Positions 19,096-29,849 are shown, numbered from the stretch's first letter. The stretch is 64,000 nucleotides of DNA from Coriobacteriia bacterium (GCA_025361885.1 JANYJF010000008.1:99263-163262), one strand, 5' to 3'. Numbers and translations: made by a program. Notes: generated from the sequence alone by a model not told the origin.

Positions 19096-20157
19096 CTACT
19101 CACAATTCCGTAGGAAGGGGTACGGATCGACGGCAGAGCCCCCGCCCGGATGTATCTCGAAATGCAGGTGGTTCGCGCCACCGGAGGCGTTCCCCGTGTT
19201 GCCGACACGGCCGATGAGCTGTCCGGCGCTCACATGGCCGCTTGACACCACGTACGAGTCCAGATGGGCGTAGTAGTAGGTCCAGCCGTTGTCGCCCCGC
19301 AACCATATGGTGTTGCCGCCCAGTCCGCCCGTCTTGGACGTGACCGTTCCCGGCACGATCGCGACGCACGGCGTGCCCTTGGGCGACATGATGTCGCATC
19401 CCTGGTGGTGACGCCCGCCGGAACGTGGCGCTCCCCACGTGTCGCTGTAGTAGTGAGCACCTTGAACAGGGAACACCCAGCCGTTGGCGGTCTTGGGCAG
19501 CCATGTGACCTTGCCGGCGGCCTTCTCGCGAGCCAGCTGGGCGTTGAACGCCGCCAGCACCTTCTGATACTCGGCCTGCTTCGCATTGAGCTGCCCCTGT
19601 ATCGCGCGAAGCTTCGTCTTCGCATCCGCGAGTTGGGACTTCTGTGCGACCTGATCGTTGGTGAGCTGCACTCGCTTGGTGTTGAGCGAGACCCGCACGT
19701 CCTTGATCGAGGACACGAGCTCGGAATCCGACTTCGTGATCAGCTCGATGTACGTGATGCGGCTGATGAGGTCCTCGAATGACTCGGCGCCGAGCATGAA
19801 TGCGATCGACCCGTCGGCCGGGTTGTTGCGGTACATCGCGTCGGCCCGTACCGCGAGAACGGACTCGGCGACCTTGAGCTTCTCACCCTCGGTCGCGATG
19901 GCCCTGGTGGTGTCCTTGATCCGATCGCCGGTCGTCTCGTAGCGAGTCAGGGCCTTATCGTAGGCGCCACCGGCTCCCTGGACCTGCTTTCGGATCGCGG
20001 CCAGCTGGTCCGAGAGCTGCTTCGCGGTCGCGGCATGCGCGGAGGGTAGCCCAAGGCTTGGAACCAGGACGACCGTCATCACCAGCAGGGCGACGGCGCG
20101 CCACACCGCTGGAGGCATTCGACGTTCCGTCCGGTCGTCACGTGCGCGCTCAGCCAT
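19096..20157 (-). CDS. M23 family metallopeptidase with N-terminal signal/anchor and long coiled coil
   Basis: HQGCD (HxxxD) and HLHFEIH (HxH) zinc motifs are intact. Signal-like AVALLVMTVVLVPSLGLPSAHA. An alternative start is ATG 20118. Confidence 0.85.
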   Translation of the reverse strand: MAERARDDRTERRMPPAVWRAVALLVMTVVLVPSLGLPSAHAATAKQLSDQLAAIRKQVQGAGGAYDKALTRYETTGDRIKDTTRAIATEGEKLKVAESVLAVRADAMYRNNPADGSIAFMLGAESFEDLISRITYIELITKSDSELVSSIKDVRVSLNTKRVQLTNDQVAQKSQLADAKTKLRAIQGQLNAKQAEYQKVLAAFNAQLAREKAAGKVTWLPKTANGWVFPVQGAHYYSDTWGAPRSGGRHHQGCDIMSPKGTPCVAIVPGTVTSKTGGLGGNTIWLRGDNGWTYYYAHLDSYVVSSGHVSAGQLIGRVGNTGNASGGANHLHFEIHPGGGSAVDPYPFLRNCE

Positions 20158-20163
20158 GCTCCG

Positions 20164-21246
20164 TCACTTCTGGCCGTACAGCTGGCCCAAAGCCTTGTAG
20201 ATCGCCCGCGCCACCTTGTCGGCCCAGTCGGGGTCGGTGAACGTGACCTTGTCGTTAGAGTCGGACACCGAGCCGAGCTGCACCCTGACAGCCGCCGTTC
20301 CTGTGTTCATGAGGATGGAATCGTTGCTGTCCACGGTCGCGCGCACGTTGGGCAAAGCCTGCTTGAGCTGGTTCGTGACCTGCGTGGACAGTTCGGTGGC
20401 CCGGATGTAGAACGGCTGGGTGGTCGTCGTCGACGGCACTGAAGCGACCAGGATGCCCCCGCTGCCCGACGCCGCCACGGAGAAACCCACCAATGCGATG
20501 GCGCCGGCCGACTTGGCCGTCGTCAGCCTCGACATGGAGGTGATGGCGGCCGACGCGTCGTTAGGCGACCGAGTTACCACTACGCGGCCTCCCGATGCCT
20601 CGATCAGGGCGCGCACGCGCCGCGCGACGTCCATCGTCACGTCGCCCAGCACACCGGGAACCGGCGCCGGATCCAGCACGAAGGTCAGGTTGCTCAGGTT
20701 GGTCGGAAGGAGCAGGGACGTCGAGCCCTGCCCAGCGGCGACCGTGATCCGCACGGGATCGGATGTCGTGACGATGACTCCGGCCGACGGGAACGAGGCG
20801 ATGACGGTGCCTGCCGGCTTGTCGGACGCCGTGGTGTCGATGGTCACTCTCAGGCCGCGCGCCGCCAAGACCTTCTTCGCGTCCGCCGTGGTCATCCCCA
20901 CCACGTCTGGCATCGCATACGACTCCGACCCACCGGACACGGAGACTTGGACGACGCTGCCGCCCGCCACGACGGTGCCGGGCTGCGGTCTCTGGGCGAT
21001 CACTGCGTCGAGCGGAACAGTCGCCGAGAAAAGCCGGTCCGTGACCTGCATCTTGAGACCGACTCCAGCGAGACGCTCCTTGGCGGACGCGGACGTGGCG
21101 CCGGTGATGTCGGGCACTCGGACCTGCGAGGTCCTGAGCACGACCGCCACGATGACAGCCAGGGCGATGACAGCCAAGACGAAGCCGCCTGCGGCATACC
21201 AGGCCCACGCGGGAATCATCGAGCGTCGCTTCGTGGTCTCTTCCAT
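20164..21246 (-). CDS. single-pass membrane protein: 2 PASTA domains + degenerate Amidase_3-like domain
   Basis: Start ATG 21246 (MEETTKRRSM), one TM helix and two VPD(I/V)xG PASTA repeats. The C-terminal region aligns by eye with Amidase_3, but DPGHGG is DPAPVP and the S-x-H-x-N position is FSVAAS. Confidence 0.7.
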   Translation of the reverse strand: MEETTKRRSMIPAWAWYAAGGFVLAVIALAVIVAVVLRTSQVRVPDITGATSASAKERLAGVGLKMQVTDRLFSATVPLDAVIAQRPQPGTVVAGGSVVQVSVSGGSESYAMPDVVGMTTADAKKVLAARGLRVTIDTTASDKPAGTVIASFPSAGVIVTTSDPVRITVAAGQGSTSLLLPTNLSNLTFVLDPAPVPGVLGDVTMDVARRVRALIEASGGRVVVTRSPNDASAAITSMSRLTTAKSAGAIALVGFSVAASGSGGILVASVPSTTTTQPFYIRATELSTQVTNQLKQALPNVRATVDSNDSILMNTGTAAVRVQLGSVSDSNDKVTFTDPDWADKVARAIYKALGQLYGQK

Positions 21247-21361
21247 GTCGGCAAGTATACCAGTGACACCGGCACGTCTCTTGCACCCCGTGGTGAGGGG
21301 GTCGTATCCTACGTGCCTGCTGATGTCTGAACCACGCGTCCAATCTTCGAGGAGTCGATAC

Positions 21362-21676
21362 ATGCCCGCCTACGACTTCAAGTGCACTGCCTGCAGCGAG
21401 GTGTTCGAGATCACTCGTCCCTCCGGCGTGACCGCTCCCGTGACCTGCCCGGTCTGCGCGTCCCCCGCAAAACGGGTCTTCTCCCCCGTCGGTGTCCACT
21501 TCAAGGGCTCCGGCTTCTACAACACCGATCGCGCTGCCGCAGCTGCGACCCCGGCCGCCGTCGCGGCCACCGGCGGGACGCCCGCCGATACGAGCGCCGC
21601 GCCAGCCCCCGCATCCGCTCCTGCCTGCCCCGCTAGCACTGGCGGCGGCTGCGCCGGTTGCCCTGCCGCCGAATAG
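21362..21676 (+). CDS. FmdB-family zinc-ribbon protein
   Basis: MPAYDFKCTACSEVFEITRP...VTCPVCASP (CxxC...CxxC). Ala/Pro-rich tail ending in CAGC. RBS GAGGAG. Confidence 0.8.
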   Translation: MPAYDFKCTACSEVFEITRPSGVTAPVTCPVCASPAKRVFSPVGVHFKGSGFYNTDRAAAAATPAAVAATGGTPADTSAAPAPASAPACPASTGGGCAGCPAAE

Positions 21677-21751
21677 TCATTGCCCTTGACCTATCTCATG
21701 TGCCGCGGACTGTTCGAGGGCATGGCCCCTTCCGGGACCGCCCACGCCCGC

Positions 21752-22717
21752 CTACTCCATGCGGACCCAGAACTTCTCGGCCCCGGTGCGGTACACGGTC
21801 TCGATGAAGCGCACGGTCCCACTCTTCGCATCCATCGCGATCGAGTGGGTACGCGCGCCACTGCCGAAGTACTTCACACCACGCAACATCTCGCCGTCCG
21901 TCACGCCCGTGGCGATGAATGACGCCTCGTCGGTGTTGACGAGGCAGTCCATGTCCAGCACTCCATCGATGTCGCACTGGGCCATCTGCTCGGCGCGCTT
22001 GCGCTCCTCGTCGTTGCGGAACTGGAAGCGACCCATGAAGCAGCCGCCGATGCACTTCATGGCGGCGCAGGCCAGCACGCCTTCCGGGGCGCCTCCTGCA
22101 CCCATGTAGAGGTGGATGCCGGTGCCCTCGATGGCGGTCGCGACGGCGCCGAACACGTCGCCGTCGGAGATGAGGCGGATACGGGCGCCGGCCTCGCGGA
22201 CCTCGCGGATGAGGTCGACGTGACGCTCGCGCTCCAGGATACACACCACGATGTCCTCGACCTCGCGGTTGAGCGCCGCAGCGACGTTGCGTACGTTCTC
22301 GGTGGGCGTGGCGTCGATGTGCACCACGTTACCCGCCGCGGGCCCCGTCGCGATCTTCCACATGTAGGTGTCCGGCGCGTTGAGCAGCGTGCCCTTGGGC
22401 GCGAACGCCAGCACGGACATCGAGTTGGGCTGGCCGTACGCGGTCAAGTTCGTGCCCTCGAGCGGGTCCACGGCGATGTCGATGAGCTCGCCGCCGGCGC
22501 CGACCTTCTCGCCGATGAAGAGCATCGGAGCCTCGTCGCGCTCCCCTTCACCGATGACGATCTCACCGCTGATATCGAGGATGTCGAACTGCTTGCGCAT
22601 CGCCTCGACCGCAGCTTGGTCGGCGAGGTTCTTCTCGCCGCGGCCCATCCACCGTCCGGCGGCCAGCGCGGCGGCCTCGGTGACTTCCAGCATCTCGACG
22701 ATACGGGTACTGCGCAT
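21752..22717 (-). CDS. glpX: class II fructose-1,6-bisphosphatase
   Basis: 321 aa with EAAALAAGRWMGRG, GEGERDEAPML and DPLEGT motifs. Confidence 0.92.
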   Translation of the reverse strand: MRSTRIVEMLEVTEAAALAAGRWMGRGEKNLADQAAVEAMRKQFDILDISGEIVIGEGERDEAPMLFIGEKVGAGGELIDIAVDPLEGTNLTAYGQPNSMSVLAFAPKGTLLNAPDTYMWKIATGPAAGNVVHIDATPTENVRNVAAALNREVEDIVVCILERERHVDLIREVREAGARIRLISDGDVFGAVATAIEGTGIHLYMGAGGAPEGVLACAAMKCIGGCFMGRFQFRNDEERKRAEQMAQCDIDGVLDMDCLVNTDEASFIATGVTDGEMLRGVKYFGSGARTHSIAMDAKSGTVRFIETVYRTGAEKFWVRME

Positions 22718-22767
22718 GCACGTCCTCCTCGATTCGGATCGCGGCCCTGCAGGTCAGGACCGCAGCT

Positions 22768-24138
22768 TCATCGCTCCCTCATGAGTGCGGCAACGAAATG
22801 GCCGTCGGGCCCACCGGTCCGCGGCTGCGACTGGAACCACCCCTCCGGTCCGATCCACACGCGCAGCGACTCGGGAAGCTCGGTCACCGGCGTGCGAGTC
22901 ACGAACCCTTCTCCAGCCCGAGACGCGAGGAAGCCTGCCACCACATCGTGGTTCTCGGCTCGGGCGACGGTGCACGTTGAGTACACCACAACACCGCCGA
23001 CCCGGACAAGCGAAGCCGCCTGCTCCAGCAGCCGCGACTGAAGAACGGCGAGCACAGCGATGGACTCCGGCGTGACACGCCAGCGTTTCTCGGGATGCCG
23101 GCGAAGCGTTCCAAGGCCCGAGCACGGGGCGTCGAGAAGGACCGCGTCAGCCCCGCCCGCGGCGGGCAGACCCTCGATGCCCGCGACGTCCAGCGCGTCG
23201 CCAGTCAGCACAGTCACACCCGGGACGCCGAGGGTGCTCATTCGGTTCCTCAGGACTTCGGACTTGAACGGATGGATGTCCACAGTGAACAGGTCGGCCG
23301 GAGCGCCGGCGGCAACGGAGAGCGCTTGGAGCTGCACCGTCTTGGTGCCGCGCCCCGCTGCCATATCCACGACCGTCCCGGTAGGGTGCGCACCCACGGC
23401 ATGCGCGGCGATCTGAGCGGACGCGTCGGTGATCTCGACAAGATGTGCCCGCACCGCCTCCCCCCGGACCGCCGCCGAGGGGACCTTGGCCTCCATGCAG
23501 CCCGGCAGGAAGCACTCGACGGGGTCTGCGCCGTCGGCCGATAGCGCGTCCATGGCCTCGATTGACGTGCCCATGAACGGGTCGTGCCACACATAGAGCG
23601 GTGCGGGCTCGTTGTCGGCGGCGAGCATCAGGCGCGCGTCACACTCGCCAAGCTCGGAGACGAACAGGTCGACGAGCCAACGCGGGTGAGCGGTGAGTCG
23701 TACCAAAGCCTCTCGGTCCGTGGCGGGATCGCCCCACGGGAACGTGTCGACCGATGCGGCGACCTTGCGAAGCACCGCATTCGCGAGGCCGGCGGCCTGC
23801 GATCGCGCGGACCGGACCAGTTCCACGCCTTCGTGAACGGCGGCGCGAGGCGGCGTGCGCATGAACAAGAGCTCGTATGCGGCTATCCGGAGCGCGTCGC
23901 GGACCTGCGGCTCGATCGCGCCGGGTCTGTCCGTGACTCGATCGATGGCCTCGTCGAGCACGGCCTGTGTCTGCAGCGTGCCGTATGTGAGGCGGGTCGC
24001 CAGCGCGGTGTCTCCGGTCGAAAGGTGGGCGGAAGTCAGGACGGCGTCGAGCGTCTGCGGCCCGAATGCCTCGCGCTCTCTGACACGCTTCACCACGCGG
24101 TAGGCCGCGAGGCGCGCGGGCGAAACGCTCATACGCAC
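22768..24138 (-). CDS. rsmB: 16S rRNA (cytosine967-C5)-methyltransferase
   Basis: NusB-like N-domain. LLDAPCSGLGTLRRHPE and VYSTCT motifs. Follows fmt. Confidence 0.88.
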   Translation of the reverse strand: MRMSVSPARLAAYRVVKRVREREAFGPQTLDAVLTSAHLSTGDTALATRLTYGTLQTQAVLDEAIDRVTDRPGAIEPQVRDALRIAAYELLFMRTPPRAAVHEGVELVRSARSQAAGLANAVLRKVAASVDTFPWGDPATDREALVRLTAHPRWLVDLFVSELGECDARLMLAADNEPAPLYVWHDPFMGTSIEAMDALSADGADPVECFLPGCMEAKVPSAAVRGEAVRAHLVEITDASAQIAAHAVGAHPTGTVVDMAAGRGTKTVQLQALSVAAGAPADLFTVDIHPFKSEVLRNRMSTLGVPGVTVLTGDALDVAGIEGLPAAGGADAVLLDAPCSGLGTLRRHPEKRWRVTPESIAVLAVLQSRLLEQAASLVRVGGVVVYSTCTVARAENHDVVAGFLASRAGEGFVTRTPVTELPESLRVWIGPEGWFQSQPRTGGPDGHFVAALMRER

Positions 24139-25061
24139 GCTCCCCAGGTCAGTGTGTCGGTGGCACGCAGACCGCGCCCGAATGAAGCGCCGTCCATGTC
24201 GGAGCGGCCCTGCGGTGTCATCCGCTCGACCACCAGTGGACCGTCAGCGAACCCGAGCAGAAGATCGTGTCTCGTAGTGAGGACCTTGCCCGGTGCGACG
24301 GCGAACCCGTCCTCAGCCGCAGCGGCGACCCTGGTCACCGTCACGCATGTGCCGGCGATCTCGCATCGAGCCGGAGCGCTGCGGCCGGAGGCACGCACGC
24401 GGCGGGACGCTGTCGCCGCGTCGAGATCCGGAGACAGGGACACGTCGGCCGCCGCGACCTTGGCGGCGTACGTGGCCCGCGACTCGTCCTGAGCGGTCCA
24501 GGTAGCGGTGCCGTTCGCGATCGCCTCCAGAACGCGAAGGAGTGCCTGTGGAGCCACCAGAGCAATGGCGTCGGTCAGTCCCTGGGCCGACAGCCCGCCG
24601 ACATCCACCGGGACCTGATCCGCGTACGGGCCAGTGTCCAGGCCCTCTTCCATCCGCATGATGGACACGCCGGTCGTCTCGTCACCCGCCAGGATGGCAC
24701 GCTGCACCGGTGCCGCACCCCGCCACCGCGGCAGCAACGACGCATGGAGGTTCACGCATCCGAGTGGCGGCCCCTCCAGCACTTCTCGCGGGAGTATCGC
24801 CCCGTATGCCGCGACGACGCACACGTCCGCAGTCAGCGACAGGAACTCAGCGATGGCTGCGGGATCACGCAGGGACGAGGGCTGCAGGACGCGAAGGCCC
24901 GCCGCCACGGCCGCGCCTTTGACCGCCGATGTCTTGAGCGTCCGGCCGCGGCCGGACGGCATGTCCGGGCGCGTGTAGACGCCGACGACCTCGTGGCTGG
25001 CCATGAGCGCCTGGAGGGTCGGGACCGCGAACGAGGGCGTGCCCATGAATACGACGCGCAT
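24129..25061 (-). CDS. fmt: methionyl-tRNA formyltransferase
   Basis: MRVVFMGTPSFAVPTL and HASLLPRWRGAAP motifs. Confidence 0.92.
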   Translation of the reverse strand: MRVVFMGTPSFAVPTLQALMASHEVVGVYTRPDMPSGRGRTLKTSAVKGAAVAAGLRVLQPSSLRDPAAIAEFLSLTADVCVVAAYGAILPREVLEGPPLGCVNLHASLLPRWRGAAPVQRAILAGDETTGVSIMRMEEGLDTGPYADQVPVDVGGLSAQGLTDAIALVAPQALLRVLEAIANGTATWTAQDESRATYAAKVAAADVSLSPDLDAATASRRVRASGRSAPARCEIAGTCVTVTRVAAAAEDGFAVAPGKVLTTRHDLLLGFADGPLVVERMTPQGRSDMDGASFGRGLRATDTLTWGACV

Positions 25062-25095
25062 GCTTACTCCCTCTTCACCCTCGCGCCGCGAGCAC

Positions 25096-25587
25096 TCAGC
25101 GGCCCGCGGACTCCATGTAGCGGCGCATGGCAGCCCTGCGCTCCTCGGGCGTGGCGCGGTCGATGATCAGGACGCCGTCGAGATGGTCGGTCTCGTGCTG
25201 CAGCATCCGCGCGACCAGATCGGACCCCTCGATACGTACGGGTGAGCCCTTGATGTCGAGTCCTTCGCACACGACACGCACCGAACGCTCCACCGGCACG
25301 CTGATCCCCGGCAGGGACAGGCAGCCTTCGTCGTCGACCTCCGTCTCCTCAGAGCGTTCGATGATCACCGGGTTGCACACCACACCGAGCTGATCGTCGA
25401 TGTCGAATATGAAGACGCGCTTCAGAACGCCGATCTGCGGTGCGGCAAGGCCTATCCCGGGTGCATCGTACATGGCCCGGGCCATCACCTTCACCAGGCG
25501 GGGCAGGTCAGCGTCCGCACCGGGATCGACCGCCGAGGAGGTCTGCTTGAGCGCCGGATTGGGATGGGCAAGGATGTCCATGTGCAC
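25096..25587 (-). CDS. def: peptide deformylase
   Basis: GIGLAAPQIG, EGCLS and HETDHL motifs. Confidence 0.92.
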   Translation of the reverse strand: MHMDILAHPNPALKQTSSAVDPGADADLPRLVKVMARAMYDAPGIGLAAPQIGVLKRVFIFDIDDQLGVVCNPVIIERSEETEVDDEGCLSLPGISVPVERSVRVVCEGLDIKGSPVRIEGSDLVARMLQHETDHLDGVLIIDRATPEERRAAMRRYMESAGR

Positions 25588-25687
25588 GTCTCGTATCTGG
25601 TCGGGTGTGTCGGCACCACGGCGGAGCCATCAGCAAGTCGGATGCCGCGCACCATTCTACACGGCCGACGGTCCGGCCGACGGTCCC

Positions 25688-28153
25688 CTACATCAGGTCG
25701 AGAGGATCGATGTCGGGGGCCACGGACACACCCTCCCGCGCACCGACGGCGTTCACGGCCTCGAGCACGACCGATGAGAGCGCCGCGCCGGCCGGCGCTT
25801 TCAGCAGAACATGCCATCGATACTGTTCCTTGACCCGGGCCAGCACGGACGGGCTGGGACCCAGGACGCTCCAAGCCGGGGGGACGAGTCCGGACAGTGA
25901 CGTAGCCAGCCGGGCGGCGGTATCGCGGACGTCCGCGGAGTCCCTGCCTGCGACGTTGATGTTCGCGAGCCGGCCGAACGGTGGGTAGCCCAAAGACTCC
26001 CGCTCGATCCTCTCCGGACCGTAGAAGACGCCGGCGTCCCCTGTGGCGGCCGCTCGGATCGCGGGGTGGTCCGGCCAGTACGTCTGGATCACGACCGTGC
26101 CCGCGCGCTCACCTCGGCCCGCGCGACCGGCAACCTGCGCCAGCAGCTCGAACGTCCTCTCGCCCGCACGGAAGTCCGGCATGTGCAGCGTCGTGTCGGC
26201 GTTGATGACGCCGACGAGCGTGACCTCCGGGTAGTCGAGCCCCTTCGCGACCATCTGCGTGCCGAGGAGCACGCCGGACTGAAGCGTCTCGAACGCCGCG
26301 AGTGCACGCTCGTGACCTCCCTTGCCGGCGGTGGTGTCGGCATCCATCCGCACCACTCTCAGGTCCGGGAAGGCCGCTGCGAGCTCCGCCTCCACTCGCT
26401 GCGTGCCGGCGCCGAACTGACGAAGGAAGGGACTGGCGCATACGGGGCACAGCGCTGGGAGGACCTCGACGTGTCCGCAGTGATGACACGCGAGCCTCGA
26501 GCCCTTCTCGTGGAACGTGAGCGACACGGAGCACCGTGGGCACGACGGCACGTGGCCGCACTCGCGACACAGCACGAACGACGCGAAGCCACGGCGGTTG
26601 AGGAAGAGAACGGCCTTGTCGTGGCGCGCCTCGACGTCACCGAGTGCAGCGAGCAGGGGCCTCGAGAACATCGACCTGTGACCGTCCGCGAACTCCTTCG
26701 CCATGTCCACGACAGTCACCGGGGGCATGACGCCGCCGCCGACCCGCTCAGGCAGCAGGACCCTCCGATACCGGCCCTCGCCGACGGCCACCCGCGATTC
26801 GAACGACGGCGTCGCGCTGCCGAGGACGAGGACCGCGCCGGTCTCCGCGCACAGCCTCTCAGCCGCCTCACGGGCGTGATATCGCGGGGCCGAGCCCTGC
26901 TTGTACGAGGACTCATGTTCCTCGTCGATCACGACGAGCCTGAGGTCCCGGACAGGGGCGAAGAGCGCGGATCTCGGACCGATCGCGACCCGGGCATCAC
27001 CTCGCGACGCGAGCGACCACTGGTCGAAGCGCTCCCCCGCCGAAAGCCGGGAGTGCAGCACTGCGACCTGGCGACCGAACCGCGTCCTGAATCGCCCGAC
27101 GGTCTGCGGCGTCAGCGAGATCTCGGGGACCAGCACGATGGCGCCACCGCCATCTGCAAGGACGCGCTCGATCGCCCGCAGGTAGACCTCGGTCTTGCCA
27201 CTCCCGGTGACGCCCTCCAGCAGTACGACGTCACCGGGCTTGGCGGAGGCGATTGCTTCGAGCGAATCCCGTTGCCCCCTCGACAGGCGTTCGTGACGCG
27301 GCGCTGGTCGCGCACCCGACGACGGATCCCGCCATCGGCGCCGGGAGGTCACTGTGACGAGGCCTTTGCCCTCGAGCCGCTCGACCGCGGAAGAGACGCT
27401 CCCGAGGCGAGCGCCGAGTTCACCGACCGTGACGGGTCCGCTCTTCAACGCATCCATGACTGCCCGCGCGAGTGTCGCGTTGGGTCGCAGCGCCGACGTC
27501 TCGGCGCCGGGTGCGAGCTCGACGAGTCTCTCCTCGACGGCAGAGACTTGCGGTCGTCGCAGCTCGTAGACGCGTTCGACCGCGCCCAAGCCCACGAGCC
27601 GCGAGACGTCTGAGGCGGTCGAGCGCCCGAAACGCGTCTGTAGAGCGTGCGTGCGCTCCTCGCCCGCGGCGATGGCGTCGAACACGTCGCCGGCACGGCC
27701 CCGCGACGGTCGCTTGGTGGCGTCGGCGATCCTGACTCGCGTGGCCACGGACGGCGTGCCGCCGGGCGGCAGGAACAGCCGAAGCGCGTCGGGAACGGTT
27801 GAGACGTACTCCTCCGCGATCCAGCGAGCGACCCGCACCGAGACGTCAGTGAACAGCGGCTCGCCAAGGACCGCCAGCGGCTCCTTGAGCTCGGGCACGT
27901 CGCTGGTCTCGGCCATCTCGGCCACGTAAGCCACGACCGTCTGTGGCCCGAACGGGACCAACAGCGGGGTTCCTACGGATATGGAGCCCGCCATCGCGTC
28001 GGGCACGGCGTAGTCGAACACGGAGTCGAGACTCCGTGTCGAGATGTCCACGATGACCCGCGCGACCGGCACGTCCCAGCGCTCCTTCGATGTCGGCTGC
28101 CGCGGGTCCCTCGCCCACGCGGCCTTCGCCAGCATAGACCAGGCCGCCGACAT
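25688..28153 (-). CDS. priA: primosomal protein N' (replication restart helicase PriA)
   Basis: LEGVTGSGKTEVY Walker A, DEEHE box and a Cys-rich zinc insert (CRECGHVPSCPRCSVSLTFH...CHHCG). Start may be a few codons internal. Confidence 0.88.
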   Translation of the reverse strand: MSAAWSMLAKAAWARDPRQPTSKERWDVPVARVIVDISTRSLDSVFDYAVPDAMAGSISVGTPLLVPFGPQTVVAYVAEMAETSDVPELKEPLAVLGEPLFTDVSVRVARWIAEEYVSTVPDALRLFLPPGGTPSVATRVRIADATKRPSRGRAGDVFDAIAAGEERTHALQTRFGRSTASDVSRLVGLGAVERVYELRRPQVSAVEERLVELAPGAETSALRPNATLARAVMDALKSGPVTVGELGARLGSVSSAVERLEGKGLVTVTSRRRWRDPSSGARPAPRHERLSRGQRDSLEAIASAKPGDVVLLEGVTGSGKTEVYLRAIERVLADGGGAIVLVPEISLTPQTVGRFRTRFGRQVAVLHSRLSAGERFDQWSLASRGDARVAIGPRSALFAPVRDLRLVVIDEEHESSYKQGSAPRYHAREAAERLCAETGAVLVLGSATPSFESRVAVGEGRYRRVLLPERVGGGVMPPVTVVDMAKEFADGHRSMFSRPLLAALGDVEARHDKAVLFLNRRGFASFVLCRECGHVPSCPRCSVSLTFHEKGSRLACHHCGHVEVLPALCPVCASPFLRQFGAGTQRVEAELAAAFPDLRVVRMDADTTAGKGGHERALAAFETLQSGVLLGTQMVAKGLDYPEVTLVGVINADTTLHMPDFRAGERTFELLAQVAGRAGRGERAGTVVIQTYWPDHPAIRAAATGDAGVFYGPERIERESLGYPPFGRLANINVAGRDSADVRDTAARLATSLSGLVPPAWSVLGPSPSVLARVKEQYRWHVLLKAPAGAALSSVVLEAVNAVGAREGVSVAPDIDPLDLM

Positions 28154-28195
28154 CGCGAGCGATGCCGGCGGCCTGGATCACATCACGAGATCGGG

Positions 28196-29452
28196 CTACA
28201 GCCCCGCCGCGACCTTCAGCGCCTCGAGGCGGTCCGTGCGCTCCCATGTGAAGTCCGCATCATCGCGACCGAAGTGGCCGTACGCGGCGGTCTTGCGATA
28301 GATCGGACGACGCAGGTCCAAGTCGCGGATGATCGCGCCCGGGCGCAGGTCGAACGTGGAGAGCACGGCCTTCTCGATCTGAGCCACGTCGATGGTCTCG
28401 GTGCCGAACGTCTCGACGAGGACCGAGAGCGGGTGGGCCACGCCGATGGCATAGGCCAGCTGGAGCTCACAGCGGTCGGCAAGACCCGCAGCCACTACGT
28501 GCTTCGCCACCCAGCGCGCCGCATACGCCGCCGAGCGGTCGACCTTCGTGCAGTCCTTGCCCGAGAACGCGCCGCCACCGTGACGGCCCATTCCACCGTA
28601 CGTGTCAACGATGATCTTGCGGCCGGTCAGTCCGGAGTCGCCCATGGGGCCACCGACGACGAAGCGGCCGGTCGGGTTTATGTAGATGTCGTCGTCCGCG
28701 ACGTCCCACTCGATGGACTCGGTCTCGAACACCGGCTTGATGACGTGCTCGATGAGGTCCGGGCGGATGAGCGTCTGCACGTCCGCGTCCTCAGCGTGCT
28801 GGGTGGAGACCAGTATCTTCTCCACCGAGACGGGCTTGCCGCCTACGTACTTCACGGTCACCTGCGTCTTACCGTCGGGCCGGAGGTAGTCGAGCACTCC
28901 GGCCTTGCGGACGGCGGTCAGGCGCTCCGCCAGCCGATGGGCGAGGTAGATCGGCATGGGCATGAGTGTCGACGTGTCGTTGCAGGCGTAGCCGAACATC
29001 ATGCCCTGGTCGCCGGCCCCGATCAGGTCCAGCGGGTCGGTGTCGCCCTTCTTCGCCTCGAAGGAGTCATCGACGCCCATGGCGATGTCCGGGCTCTGCT
29101 CGTGGATCGCGGTCATGACACCGCACGTCTCGTAGTCGAAGCCGTACTTGGCTCTCGTGTAGCCGATATCTCTCACCGTCTCGCGCACGATGGTGGGGAT
29201 GTCGACGTACGCGTGGGTACGGACCTCGCCACCGACCACGATCAGGCCGGTGGTCGTGAAGGTCTCGACGGCGCAGCGCACATAGTCGGGCGAAGCCTTG
29301 CTGCCCTTGTCCGTGGTGTAGCCCTCGGCCGTGAGCTCGGCCTCGCGGCCGATGATCGCGTCGACGACCGCGTCAGAGATCTGGTCGCACATCTTGTCGG
29401 GATGACCCTCGGTCACGGACTCCGAGGTGAACAGGTACTCGCGATCGGACAT
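28196..29452 (-). CDS. metK: S-adenosylmethionine synthase
   Basis: Start ATG 29452 ([27 protein letters not shown]). [12 protein letters not shown] motif. Confidence 0.95.
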   Translation of the reverse strand: MSDREYLFTSESVTEGHPDKMCDQISDAVVDAIIGREAELTAEGYTTDKGSKASPDYVRCAVETFTTTGLIVVGGEVRTHAYVDIPTIVRETVRDIGYTRAKYGFDYETCGVMTAIHEQSPDIAMGVDDSFEAKKGDTDPLDLIGAGDQGMMFGYACNDTSTLMPMPIYLAHRLAERLTAVRKAGVLDYLRPDGKTQVTVKYVGGKPVSVEKILVSTQHAEDADVQTLIRPDLIEHVIKPVFETESIEWDVADDDIYINPTGRFVVGGPMGDSGLTGRKIIVDTYGGMGRHGGGAFSGKDCTKVDRSAAYAARWVAKHVVAAGLADRCELQLAYAIGVAHPLSVLVETFGTETIDVAQIEKAVLSTFDLRPGAIIRDLDLRRPIYRKTAAYGHFGRDDADFTWERTDRLEALKVAAGL

Positions 29453-29522
29453 TCGCACGCCTCCTTGTTTCTCGCGCCCCGTCGCGCCATCTCGCGCCGC
29501 GGGACGACCAACTGCATGTCTC

Positions 29523-29560
29523 CAAAACAACAGAACCCTCGCCATTTGGGACGAGGGCCT
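29523..29560 (-). terminator. intrinsic terminator / expression platform of the SAM riboswitch
   Basis: Minus strand reads CCCUCG-UCCCAAAUGG-CGAGGG followed by UUCUGUUGUUUU. Lies between the aptamer and the metK start. Confidence 0.6.
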
Positions 29561-29596
29561 CGTGAGGACGCATGCACGTGCGGACGCGTCTCGCTA

Positions 29597-29745
29597 TTCC
29601 CTCATCGTCCAGACCTGGTTCATCGGCCTGCCGCAATTTGGCACCTTGCTCCGTTTTGGGAGCAGGTTGCCGGGGCGTCAACGGGTGCGGTCCCTCGGCC
29701 CTCTGCGGACGCCGGATGGCCGGACGGCCGCCTCTTGATGAGAAC
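29597..29745 (-). promoter_or_regulatory. SAM-I (S-box) riboswitch
   Basis: Minus strand reads UUCUCAUCAAGAGGCGGC...GAGGGACCGCACCCGUUGACGCCCCGGCAACC...GGUGCCAAAUUGCGGCAGG...GACGAUGAGGGAA. This matches the S-box core blocks and lies upstream of metK. Confidence 0.85.
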
Positions 29746-29849
29746 GAATGGAACACTAGCACGCGACATGCCGACCTGCCAACCACTTCGCACCGGAAGG
29801 TCGATGCGCCGGGCGCGGCCGGCTGCAAGGCCGCGTCGTCGGGGGTAGG

